Origin: a virus
Taxonomy: Duplodnaviria; Caudoviricetes
Virus record (IMG/VR): IMGVR_UViG_3300012157_000005
Coordinates: 1 to 35,826 of that record
Length of the DNA: 35,826 nt
Direction: 5' to 3' (one strand)
Shown here: positions 18,473 through 26,645 of the stretch, in pieces
Position numbering within the stretch: position 1 is the stretch's first letter
Layout of the letters: each line of letters begins with the position of its first letter
Made by a program: the position numbers and the translations under genes
Notes under the pieces: model-generated
What the model was told of the DNA's origin: nothing
Database searches by the model: none
Seen by the model: the letters and a program-made list of their open reading frames with translations, nothing else

Positions 18473-18907
18473 ATGAATATTATTGAACTTTTTCAAAAAG
18501 CACAACAAAAGCTTTATAAGCCAAAATTTATTTTTGAATCATGTGATATGAAGATAAAAATTCATATTGCAGCAAAAGCACATTATCCAAACTTTCCAAA
18601 CTATCTTTATATATCAAAAGCAGAAACTGGAGATTACCTTGGAAAGTTTCTTAAGACAGGAGAAATGATTTTACAACCAAATATTCCAGATAAACTAAAA
18701 GAAGATTTAGTAATCATTAAAAATGATCCAATTGAATTTGGAAAACTTTATGGACAGAAATACTCTTTTTGTTGTTTTTGTGGAACAGAAATAGTAACAA
18801 AAGAATCTCTTACTGCTGGTTATGGCCCTATTTGTGCAGAAAAATGGGGACTACCGTGGGGTTCTATTTTTGATGAAAATATATCTAAAGAGGAACTAAT
18901 GCCATGA
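18473..18907 (+). CDS. DUF6011-like Zn-finger protein
   Basis: C-terminal CCFCGTEIVTKESLTAGYGPICA fits the CxxCG...SxxxGxGPxC pattern; AAGGAG SD. Confidence 0.7.
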   Translation: MNIIELFQKAQQKLYKPKFIFESCDMKIKIHIAAKAHYPNFPNYLYISKAETGDYLGKFLKTGEMILQPNIPDKLKEDLVIIKNDPIEFGKLYGQKYSFCCFCGTEIVTKESLTAGYGPICAEKWGLPWGSIFDENISKEELMP

Positions 18908-19074
18908 CACTAAGCAAAATAATAGCTAACATTGAACGTAAAATACGTGAAGGAAAGTTTACACTTCAAACAGAAGTTGAAGTTGTTATTGTAGAGAAAC
19001 ATAATGGAAAACTTGTTATGGCAGAAATTGGTAAACATTCAATCAAACAATTACAAAGCATCTTTGACAAATGA
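18904..19074 (+). CDS. Small hypothetical protein (56 aa, not in ORF track)
   Basis: MTLSKIIANIERKIREGKF...; ATGA overlaps at both ends. Confidence 0.6.
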   Translation: MTLSKIIANIERKIREGKFTLQTEVEVVIVEKHNGKLVMAEIGKHSIKQLQSIFDK

Positions 19075-19289
19075 AATATCTCATCAGGTTTTCCAGAAAA
19101 CTTTTTGGTTATCCACTTACAAGAAAAGAAATTGACCGCTTAGAACGACTTAAACGCAGAGCGTATTATCTCCAAAACAAAATTGATATGATGCCAATAA
19201 ATTATAATATGGACAACACAAGAGCAGAATTATCTGCATTATGTTGGGCAATTGAAAAGATTAGTGGAAAATCATTTACAACATTGTAA
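19071..19289 (+). CDS. Hypothetical protein
   Basis: 72 aa, coupled to the upstream ORF. Confidence 0.6.
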   Translation: MKYLIRFSRKLFGYPLTRKEIDRLERLKRRAYYLQNKIDMMPINYNMDNTRAELSALCWAIEKISGKSFTTL

Positions 19290-19306
19290 AGAATGCAGGA
19301 AAACAA

Positions 19307-19624
19307 ATGCCACAACTTACTCCTAACACAATCCAACGTGTAATCCCAGAAGAAGAAAATGTAATTGAATTTAAGAAGAGTGCCCACAATATTGGTTCCT
19401 TTGGATATAAGGGAGTCAATATTGAGGTATTCTCTTGTCCAATTCATAACAATGAATTACTTGCTTGTGTATCAGGTTTAGGTCATACTCTTAATATGCT
19501 TTATTTAATAGAATCTGAATATCATAAGACAATGACTCCAGTAGAACTGCTAGTAATTGCTTATAATGACTTCAAAGACTTCATAGTCTATGAACGTGAG
19601 GAAGAACATCTTGCTCTTCACTGA
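19307..19624 (+). CDS. Hypothetical protein
   Basis: 105 aa; AGGA SD. Confidence 0.65.
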   Translation: MPQLTPNTIQRVIPEEENVIEFKKSAHNIGSFGYKGVNIEVFSCPIHNNELLACVSGLGHTLNMLYLIESEYHKTMTPVELLVIAYNDFKDFIVYEREEEHLALH

Positions 19625-20126
19625 AATCAACAAGGGGATGTTGGCCGGCCTTATCATGTATCTTGGAAATCAACATGATCTTTACATTCCACATATGAAG
19701 CCAGCAATTGAATTGCTTCATTGGCTACGTAGAGAAGAAGATAATCTTGAAACTTACTGGGAAGAATTAGATCGTTTAAACTTTTCTCACGATCATATAT
19801 TTATTGCATCATTTAAAGCAATTGATATATGTTCAATTTGTCTTGCAACATTTGGTCAAACTCTTGGTGGTCGTATTCGCAGAGGTTGTATTGAATGTCA
19901 GGGAGAATCCCCTGCTTTCTTAACAACCATATGGGAATATCGTCTTGCATCTGATCTTAATATATCATACCAGTATTTAGAAACACATTTAGCAGAAGCA
20001 TTGCTAATTCATAAAAAGGTAAAGGAATATGCAAAGATTCAACATTGCAAAACCGAAACAAGATCAGAACATAAGTCAGAGCCAGCAACAGAGCAAAGAA
20101 ATTCTACTAGAAGATTTAGTATCTAG
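19590..20126 (+). CDS. Hypothetical protein with CxxC...CxxC
   Basis: CSIC and CIEC pairs suggest Zn binding; start uncertain. Confidence 0.6.
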   Translation: MNVRKNILLFTEINKGMLAGLIMYLGNQHDLYIPHMKPAIELLHWLRREEDNLETYWEELDRLNFSHDHIFIASFKAIDICSICLATFGQTLGGRIRRGCIECQGESPAFLTTIWEYRLASDLNISYQYLETHLAEALLIHKKVKEYAKIQHCKTETRSEHKSEPATEQRNSTRRFSI

Positions 20127-20463
20127 TAGAGTAGCTTTATCTGAACCTGTTATTGACAATAACAACAACAATGCCGAAAGTGGTGAGTTTACGCTTGCCT
20201 CATTGTGGAATAGCATTTGTGATAAAGAGGATATTATCATTGTCATTGATCGTGTTGATGAACCAAGGGTAAGAAAACAACTTAGTAGCTTAAAGGCAAA
20301 AGAGAATGCCAAGATGAAATCAGCCGGCATTAAACCAGATGATACCACCTTGGAATTCATTGAACATAAAGATTATCCTGAAAAGGATAAGATCAAGCTT
20401 CAGATCATTCTGAAGCACAAGCCTACAATAAAGATTCATAAACTTATCATTGCAAAGGATTAA
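20029..20463 (+). CDS. Hypothetical protein
   Basis: 144 aa; AAGGA SD. Confidence 0.7.
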   Translation: MQRFNIAKPKQDQNISQSQQQSKEILLEDLVSSRVALSEPVIDNNNNNAESGEFTLASLWNSICDKEDIIIVIDRVDEPRVRKQLSSLKAKENAKMKSAGIKPDDTTLEFIEHKDYPEKDKIKLQIILKHKPTIKIHKLIIAKD

Positions 20464-20464
20464 T

Positions 20465-20632
20465 ATGCCACAAATTAAGATGCCTCTTTCAGAAGCTCTT
20501 AGATGGATAGTTCGTGCAATAGATAATGGTAAACCAGAAGTTGCAAAGAAAATAATTGAAGAAGATTTACTTCCAGCATTAATCAAACAAGAACAAGAAG
20601 ATGCATTAAACTATGCAAAAGGAAAAATATGA
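20465..20632 (+). CDS. Small hypothetical protein
   Basis: ATG 20465 (MPQIKMPL) with AAGGA SD. Confidence 0.55.
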   Translation: MPQIKMPLSEALRWIVRAIDNGKPEVAKKIIEEDLLPALIKQEQEDALNYAKGKI

Positions 20633-20961
20633 CAACCGAAAGTAACGAAGTAACAATTCTTCCTCCCGAAGCAACAGTAACGCAACAACACATCAAAGAT
20701 ATGATCTCCCTTCTATCACAAACAGAAGATGGAGAACCTCTAAAAGATGCAATGACCAAGTTAAAACAAGCTCTTAAGGAAAATCCTGTTGCTTGTGCAA
20801 TGCTTCTTCCTGAAGAAATTGGTGAATGTGTAAAGCATCTTATGAGGATAACAGGCCGGGACTTGGAAATGCAAGCTTCTGGTAAGAAGAAGGAACCCAA
20901 ACAAAAGTTTGATTTCTCAAATGAAGAAACTCTTAAAGAATTAGAGAATGACTTATTCTAA
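20629..20961 (+). CDS. Hypothetical protein
   Basis: 110 aa; ATGA coupling; acidic C-terminus. Confidence 0.7.
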   Translation: MTTESNEVTILPPEATVTQQHIKDMISLLSQTEDGEPLKDAMTKLKQALKENPVACAMLLPEEIGECVKHLMRITGRDLEMQASGKKKEPKQKFDFSNEETLKELENDLF

Positions 20962-20972
20962 CTTTATAAGTT

Positions 20973-21224
20973 ATGACTATCTCTGACTCTACACTCTTAA
21001 GACTTTATCGTAATAGACAACAACGTGAGCGTAGAGCTACTAACTATAAAATTCCGGGTTATAAAGAAGAACAAAATAAAAGAGAAAGAGAAAAAAGAAA
21101 GAATAGAAATTATCTAAAAGAACCTTCGCGAAGCTCATACTATCGTAAGCTTAAGAGATTAGGCTTTTCAAGACAAGAAATTTTAAAGGCAATATTAATT
21201 GAAAAAGAAAGGAAAGAATCATGA
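20973..21224 (+). CDS. Basic (K/R-rich) hypothetical protein
   Basis: 83 aa. Confidence 0.55.
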   Translation: MTISDSTLLRLYRNRQQRERRATNYKIPGYKEEQNKREREKRKNRNYLKEPSRSSYYRKLKRLGFSRQEILKAILIEKERKES

Positions 21225-21490
21225 AATCCATACAAGATCTTTGTATTTGGTTAAACAAAGTAGAACAAGCTTTAGAACTTACTATGTCAGACAAAATATT
21301 ATCAGTAGAAATTTTTACAGATAAGTCTTTTCGCATCAATAAACAAAATGGTGACTCTGCTGAGACCATCTACGATTCAAGTGATCTTTTACTAATGCAA
21401 AGTATAGATATTAATGATCTTCCATATCATGACCCAAATATGTTTGCTGAAGAAATTAGAGAAACAATAGTAGACAAAAAGGAAATTTAA
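21221..21490 (+). CDS. Hypothetical protein
   Basis: 89 aa; ATGA coupling. Confidence 0.65.
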   Translation: MKSIQDLCIWLNKVEQALELTMSDKILSVEIFTDKSFRINKQNGDSAETIYDSSDLLLMQSIDINDLPYHDPNMFAEEIRETIVDKKEI

Positions 21491-21491
21491 A

Positions 21492-21794
21492 ATGAAACAA
21501 ACAGCTCTTCTAATTGCTCTTATAGGTGGTTTCCTTCTTGGGAGTGCTCAAATCTTGCATTTCAACACTCCCATTCCATCTTTTGTTGTTAACATAGCTA
21601 TTAAGGAATGTGAATCAAATCATGGACTAAAGGCAATTCAAAAACACATTTTTCCTCAGAACTCCTATACCTTCTTTTGTCGCAATACAGCTCGCTTTGT
21701 TAGTGTTTCTTTTTCTCCACTTCTTGTATCAATAGATGAAACACAAAAAGAAGCACCAGAAACAAAGCAAAATAAATCATTAGATTCCAAATGA
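21492..21794 (+). CDS. Putative membrane-anchored or secreted protein
   Basis: N-terminal MKQTALLIALIGGFLLGSAQ hydrophobic segment. Confidence 0.6.
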   Translation: MKQTALLIALIGGFLLGSAQILHFNTPIPSFVVNIAIKECESNHGLKAIQKHIFPQNSYTFFCRNTARFVSVSFSPLLVSIDETQKEAPETKQNKSLDSK

Positions 21795-22756
21795 TAGCAG
21801 ATTACGCAATAGATATTGCACAGCTTTTAAAGAAACCATACCATTCAAATAACCCACATCAACTCTCTTATTCTCTACTTGGTGATTTCCACGAATGTGA
21901 ACGTAAGTTTCAACTTAATCGTCTCTTACAAAATCCTTCAATTCATGGTAAAGAAGATATGCCGTGGCATATTAGGGGAACTGCATATGGGGCCGGCATT
22001 CAAGCATACATTCTAACAGGAGACTTAGATCTTGCTAAGTTTATCACCTGGCTGGCATACTCTCCTGAACTTGAGGACTTAGATCGTGTTCCAACAATCT
22101 CACAAGCTCGCACCATAAACAACATAGACCTATCAAAAGACAAACTAGATGCAATTCGTGCTCGTTATGAAATAGCAATCTTTAATGGTAAACCAGCTAT
22201 TGAGTTATCATTCAAGATTAATATTGATAACAAGTGGTTTTATACAGGACTTATAGACATTGTCCTGTTTGATAAGGAGCTTAAGATTTATGTGGTCTTG
22301 GAAGTTAAAACTACCCTTTACAAGATTGCAGATTTACGTCCGTTATACCAAAACTCTGCCCAAGCATTGGGTTATTCAATTGTTCTTGACAAAATCGTTG
22401 GCGCAGAACAAAACCAATTTGGCACTCTGTATTTTGTCTGTAGAGATAAAAATAACAAAGACTTCATTCCTGACATTGAACTCTTCCCCTTCAACAAGAC
22501 AATCATTGATAGATTAAAGTGGTTCTACACATTAGGAATGGATGTTGAAAGACTTAACAAGATGAATGAGATGGGAATCTTTCCTATGCGTGGCCATTCA
22601 TGCCTTAAGTTTGGAAAGGTTTGCACGCATTTTGGATTCTGTAGCACCAGTGCCGGCGATATCCAAATGGCAGATCAGAAAGATAAGCAAAAGTATGATT
22701 TTGAATTTAATCTTCAAGACATCATTGACGATCATCTAAGGAGAATACCAAAATGA
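21791..22756 (+). CDS. PD-(D/E)XK exonuclease, Cas4/RecB-like
   Basis: LSYS...CERKF, GLIDIV, LEVKTT and C-terminal CLKFGKVCTHFGFC; four Cys arranged as in Fe-S Cas4-like nucleases. Confidence 0.8.
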   Translation: MIADYAIDIAQLLKKPYHSNNPHQLSYSLLGDFHECERKFQLNRLLQNPSIHGKEDMPWHIRGTAYGAGIQAYILTGDLDLAKFITWLAYSPELEDLDRVPTISQARTINNIDLSKDKLDAIRARYEIAIFNGKPAIELSFKINIDNKWFYTGLIDIVLFDKELKIYVVLEVKTTLYKIADLRPLYQNSAQALGYSIVLDKIVGAEQNQFGTLYFVCRDKNNKDFIPDIELFPFNKTIIDRLKWFYTLGMDVERLNKMNEMGIFPMRGHSCLKFGKVCTHFGFCSTSAGDIQMADQKDKQKYDFEFNLQDIIDDHLRRIPK

Positions 22757-23070
22757 GCATTATTGACAATCTTCTTGCAGCATCCTTTGACACAATACAA
22801 GAACCAGAAAAAAATCAATTTAAATTACCCCAAAAAGAAATCAAACCTGATACAGAAGGTTGTATCTACGAAATTCAAGCACCATTACATAATTCACTTG
22901 ATTGCTGTTCATCATTGTTTGAAGCACAGATAAATGCTAAGAAGCATAATGAATATAAGATATGGAAAATTTTTGTAGGCTCACAAAAGAGAATTCTCAT
23001 AGAATCATATGAACAGCGACAACACAATAACGCATTACGAATTGCAATACGACGGAAGGGAATTGTGTGA
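22753..23070 (+). CDS. Hypothetical protein
   Basis: 105 aa; GGAG SD; coupled. Confidence 0.65.
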   Translation: MSIIDNLLAASFDTIQEPEKNQFKLPQKEIKPDTEGCIYEIQAPLHNSLDCCSSLFEAQINAKKHNEYKIWKIFVGSQKRILIESYEQRQHNNALRIAIRRKGIV

Positions 23071-23573
23071 GTGCACCAATAAGAGAGCATAGACATCACT
23101 TTCAGCATCAAGCTAACTTCATGGACTTGTGTAAGATGCCACGAAGTAGTTTACAACAACTTATCATAGAAAATGGACTTACACATCCTCAATTTTTACA
23201 GCAAGTTGCTCTTTGGAGTCGTCTTATTAACGAAGAAGTAAATACAGAATTACGCTCACATCTTAATGATCTTCTTTCAATGCCTATTGGTCATCTTATG
23301 CAATCAGAAGAGCAACGATTAGAGTTTGTAACAAAAATAGCAGATGACATTGTTGATTCCATCTACGTAATTGACGGCCTTTCTAATCTTTTTGGTCTTC
23401 CACGTGATGTTCTTTTTCATGCAATTCATGCTTCTAATATGGCAAAAGCACAAAAAGATAAGGATGGCAACGTAATTGTTATGCGTCGTGCAGATGGAAA
23501 GATCATTAAGCCAGAAGGCTGGATTCCTCCTAATGTGAAGGGTATTATTGAAGCTTGGACAAGGATACCATGA
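23067..23573 (+). CDS. MazG-like all-alpha NTP pyrophosphatase (DR2231/PRA-PH-like, probable dUTPase)
   Basis: LINEEV..EL, IADDIVDSIYV, IHASNMAK and RADGKIIKPEGW motifs. Confidence 0.8.
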   Translation: MSAPIREHRHHFQHQANFMDLCKMPRSSLQQLIIENGLTHPQFLQQVALWSRLINEEVNTELRSHLNDLLSMPIGHLMQSEEQRLEFVTKIADDIVDSIYVIDGLSNLFGLPRDVLFHAIHASNMAKAQKDKDGNVIVMRRADGKIIKPEGWIPPNVKGIIEAWTRIP

Positions 23574-23818
23574 ACCAAGAAGATAAAACTAAGCTTCATA
23601 ATTCTCTTGCAATGGCTAGAAACTTAATAGATTATCACTATATAAAATCTCTTATAGAAAATAAAAAATCAGTGGAAGCTCTTAGTGCTCTATCAGAAGC
23701 CTGTATTGCTATGCAAGAGGTATCAGTTATTATCTCGAAATTAGCAATTCGAGAATCATTCTCAGAAATAAAGAGAGACATCAATGACATTACAAATAGC
23801 TCACCAAAAGTGCAATGA
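23570..23818 (+). CDS. Hypothetical protein
   Basis: ATG 23570 (ATGA overlap); AAGGA SD. Confidence 0.6.
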   Translation: MNQEDKTKLHNSLAMARNLIDYHYIKSLIENKKSVEALSALSEACIAMQEVSVIISKLAIRESFSEIKRDINDITNSSPKVQ

Positions 23819-23972
23819 TTGTAAGTTCTATTCGAATACCACCTTATATGAACTTTGCCTTCATGCAAGGTCAGCTTATATATATGAACATCAAGATTTT
23901 CATACAATTCAACACATGAGATCAGAACAAAACCCATGTGGAACTCAAGCAATTCTTTTTGTGAGAAAATAA
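23784..23972 (+). CDS. Small Cys-rich hypothetical protein
   Basis: CNDCKF...C...CG pattern. Confidence 0.55.
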   Translation: MTLQIAHQKCNDCKFYSNTTLYELCLHARSAYIYEHQDFHTIQHMRSEQNPCGTQAILFVRK

Positions 23973-23981
23973 GGAAACAAA

Positions 23982-24218
23982 ATGACTATTAACACCCATT
24001 TAGGTGATCCTGAATTTGATGAGTATAACTCTGGCTTCCAAGATGGTTGGGATGCTTGTCATAAACAATTCGCAGATATTCTTAAACGATTTCCATTACA
24101 ATGTGCAATGATTTCTCAAAGACTTCCTTTACATCCTTCTCAACCTGATGAAGTCATTGAACACACAGATTGGTTACATGCACAAGGAAAAATATCTGAA
24201 ACGGATATAAAAACATGA
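23982..24218 (+). CDS. Hypothetical protein
   Basis: 78 aa; AAGGA SD. Confidence 0.6.
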   Translation: MTINTHLGDPEFDEYNSGFQDGWDACHKQFADILKRFPLQCAMISQRLPLHPSQPDEVIEHTDWLHAQGKISETDIKT

Positions 24219-25177
24219 GACTCACAGAGATCGCTAAGGCCGTCAAACAAGAAGGAAAACCTCTTGACTGTTGGAACCTCTTGATCTATGGAGATCCAAA
24301 GACAGGAAAGACACGTCTAGCAGCAACCATTGCTAAGGTTCCCTACATTCAAAATGTCCATTTCTTTACCCTTGAAAATGGCCGTCAAACTCTCATAACA
24401 ATGTATAAAGAAGGAATTCTTACAGAAGAACAAGCTAACAAAATTATTATCTATACAATTCCAGATACTCGTGATCTTCCAATGGGAATGGAAACAATAA
24501 TGAAAGTTCTTACCTCTTATCGTAATAATGTCATATGTGAAGAACATGGCAAAGTTGATTGTATGCCTTGTGCTATCAGAGAACCAAGTAAGCAAGTGGC
24601 TGGGGCAGAAGTTCTTGGTAAGATCAAATCTTATACAGGCCAAACATTTAACCTTAAGAATCTTACCAAGAATGATGTTGTAATCATTGATAATTTTTCC
24701 CAGCTAACTCGTAGTATCATTGCCTATGCAACTAAAGGTAGAGATTACGAATTTAAACCTGGTTGGGATGAGTTTGGCCTTTTAGGGCGTGTTCTTGGTG
24801 ATGCTTTAGGAGTTATGCAAGCTTGTTCTAATACAAATTTCATTGCAACTTCACATCGTGTTGGAGTTCGTTTTACACTTGAAGGTAAAGTTGCAGATAC
24901 AGAAGAAATCTCAGAAGAAAATACAATTGAAAAATATTTTCCAATGATTGGTTCTAAGAACTTCTCTATGTTGTCAGCCGGCTTTTTCTCTCACATTATT
25001 TACATTGAAAAAAGACTTAATCAACACAAGGGTGGAAGTGCAACTAACTATAACAAAGATATCTTAACAGGTTCACGAGGTGGCTGGAGAATGGAGGATG
25101 AAAAAACTCTTGATCTGGCTCCATTATTTGAAAAGCTTGTTGGAAAGGAGAAATCAGATGTTGCTAAAGTCACTTAA
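24215..25177 (+). CDS. AAA_24/Sak4-like P-loop ATPase (single-strand annealing recombinase)
   Basis: LLIYGDPKTGKT, VVIIDNFSQL and FIATSH motifs; upstream of an SSB-like gene. Confidence 0.75.
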   Translation: MRLTEIAKAVKQEGKPLDCWNLLIYGDPKTGKTRLAATIAKVPYIQNVHFFTLENGRQTLITMYKEGILTEEQANKIIIYTIPDTRDLPMGMETIMKVLTSYRNNVICEEHGKVDCMPCAIREPSKQVAGAEVLGKIKSYTGQTFNLKNLTKNDVVIIDNFSQLTRSIIAYATKGRDYEFKPGWDEFGLLGRVLGDALGVMQACSNTNFIATSHRVGVRFTLEGKVADTEEISEENTIEKYFPMIGSKNFSMLSAGFFSHIIYIEKRLNQHKGGSATNYNKDILTGSRGGWRMEDEKTLDLAPLFEKLVGKEKSDVAKVT

Positions 25178-25409
25178 GGTTGAAAGAGAACATTCTTGGA
25201 AAAATCCTCCTACTGGAAAACTTCAGGGAGAAATTGAATTTGCAGATCAACAAGGTCTTGTTAAATTTAATCTTACAGAAGATGATGCTGTGGCAATTCT
25301 TAAACTCTGTGCAACACGAATTCTTGAAAGAGTAAGAGGTGCAACAGCCTCAATGATTCAAAAAGTTGTTGATGATGCAAAACTCATTGAAAATAAGGAG
25401 GAAGATTGA
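25158..25409 (+). CDS. Hypothetical protein
   Basis: ATG 25158 (MLLKSLKVER) with AAGGAG SD. Confidence 0.6.
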   Translation: MLLKSLKVEREHSWKNPPTGKLQGEIEFADQQGLVKFNLTEDDAVAILKLCATRILERVRGATASMIQKVVDDAKLIENKEED

Positions 25410-25533
25410 CAACCGAACGTAAAGTTGTGACTGGTATTCCAGGCTAGATTCTATTAAATCTTAATAACTCTTAATGTTCTCTTACTCGCAGAGGTATCAC
25501 CCATTGTCAATTTTTCCAAAGGAACTTTCCAAA

Positions 25534-26082
25534 ATGGAAGAAGCTAACAAAGTCGCAGAAGAAACAACTCTTACCCTGCTTGATCTTGACACTGTTTCCA
25601 GCCTATCTTTCGATGATTTGGAAGAGGCTCCGGGGTTTGTAATTCCTCCGGCCGGTGTTTACGATCTCTTGCTTGAAACAGCAAAGTTGGAAGAGTATAC
25701 CAAAAAGGCAAAAGGTGATGAGCCTGCATCAAAAGGACATCGTATTGCTCATTACTACACAATAGAAGCAGTTGAAGAACTCGTTGATCCAAAGGAGCAA
25801 AAACCTCCTATTGCTTCTAAATTCTCTGAACGCTTTCAACTCAATGAACAAGGTCTCAAATACTGGAAAACTAAGGCGAAGCAAATTCTTGGTGACTCTG
25901 TTGATGGTGCAAATCTCACTGTTGCTAATGTCATCAAAGAACTTGCAGCCGGAACCTATCGAATCAAAGCAAAGGTTGCGCTGAAAGTCACGGATGGAAC
26001 TGGTGAAAATACAGGCAAGAAGTTCACCAATATTCAGATTCGTGTTCTCAAGCGGCTAGAGCAACCTTCGCTTCCGGCATAA
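25534..26082 (+). CDS. Putative single-stranded DNA-binding protein (DUF669-like OB fold)
   Basis: ATG 25534 with AAGGA SD; PPAGVYDLLLE and GKKFTNIQI segments; follows the Sak4-like ATPase. Confidence 0.6.
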   Translation: MEEANKVAEETTLTLLDLDTVSSLSFDDLEEAPGFVIPPAGVYDLLLETAKLEEYTKKAKGDEPASKGHRIAHYYTIEAVEELVDPKEQKPPIASKFSERFQLNEQGLKYWKTKAKQILGDSVDGANLTVANVIKELAAGTYRIKAKVALKVTDGTGENTGKKFTNIQIRVLKRLEQPSLPA

Positions 26083-26114
26083 TAATAAGTATAAGATAAC
26101 GAATCAGTGAATCA

Positions 26115-26174
26115 AAGGGGCACATTGTATTATGTGTTATATTAGCAAGATATGATGTTGCCCCTTATTTTTTT
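26115..26174 (+). terminator. Long hairpin plus T-tract after the SSB gene
   Basis: AAGGGGCA-CATTGTAT...ATATGATG-T-TGCCCCTT followed by ATTTTTTT. Confidence 0.65.
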
Positions 26175-26186
26175 ACAGGAAGGCAG

Positions 26187-26636
26187 ATGAAAAGAAAAGG
26201 ACATCAACAAAGAAGAAAAGAGCTTCTCAATGATCCCACTGCAAATACAGAGTATTATACTAAAGACAAAAATGAAGGCCCACTTCATATACATGTTAGT
26301 GCACCAAATCGTCGCAAACTTCAACGTCGTGTTCCTTCTACAATTCTTCAAGAAGCTGAATCCCTTATCTATGGTGAGCGCAATAAGCATTATCGTCATC
26401 CAACAGAAAACTTTAACAACATTGCAAATCTTTGGAATGCTTATTTCAAAGCAATTCTTGCAAGGCCGGGAGTATCTGGCTCTGCTGCTGTTTTCCAAAT
26501 TAACAACATTGACATTGCCTATCTCAATATCCTTCAAAAAATTGCTCGTGGTGCAACAAATCAAGAACATATAGATAGTGTCATAGACATTGCAGGATAC
26601 GCTGGTTGTATTGAAAGAGTTCTGAAGAACAAATAG
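26187..26636 (+). CDS. DUF6378-like protein (possible nucleotide pyrophosphohydrolase)
   Basis: ILQEAESLIYGER..HYRHP.ENF..IA.LW.AY, KIAR and DS.IDIAGYA motifs. Confidence 0.75.
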   Translation: MKRKGHQQRRKELLNDPTANTEYYTKDKNEGPLHIHVSAPNRRKLQRRVPSTILQEAESLIYGERNKHYRHPTENFNNIANLWNAYFKAILARPGVSGSAAVFQINNIDIAYLNILQKIARGATNQEHIDSVIDIAGYAGCIERVLKNK

Positions 26637-26645
26637 AAAGACAAA

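Noticed and set aside
21791-22756. Cas4-like nuclease as evidence of a CRISPR system
   Set aside because: No repeat-spacer array or other cas genes seen; solo Cas4-like exonucleases are common in phage recombination modules.
25406-25511. TTGACA and an 8-bp inverted repeat (ATTGACAA/TTGTCAAT) upstream of the SSB gene
   Set aside because: No acceptable -10 at 16-18 nt, and the repeat is short enough to be chance in AT-rich DNA.
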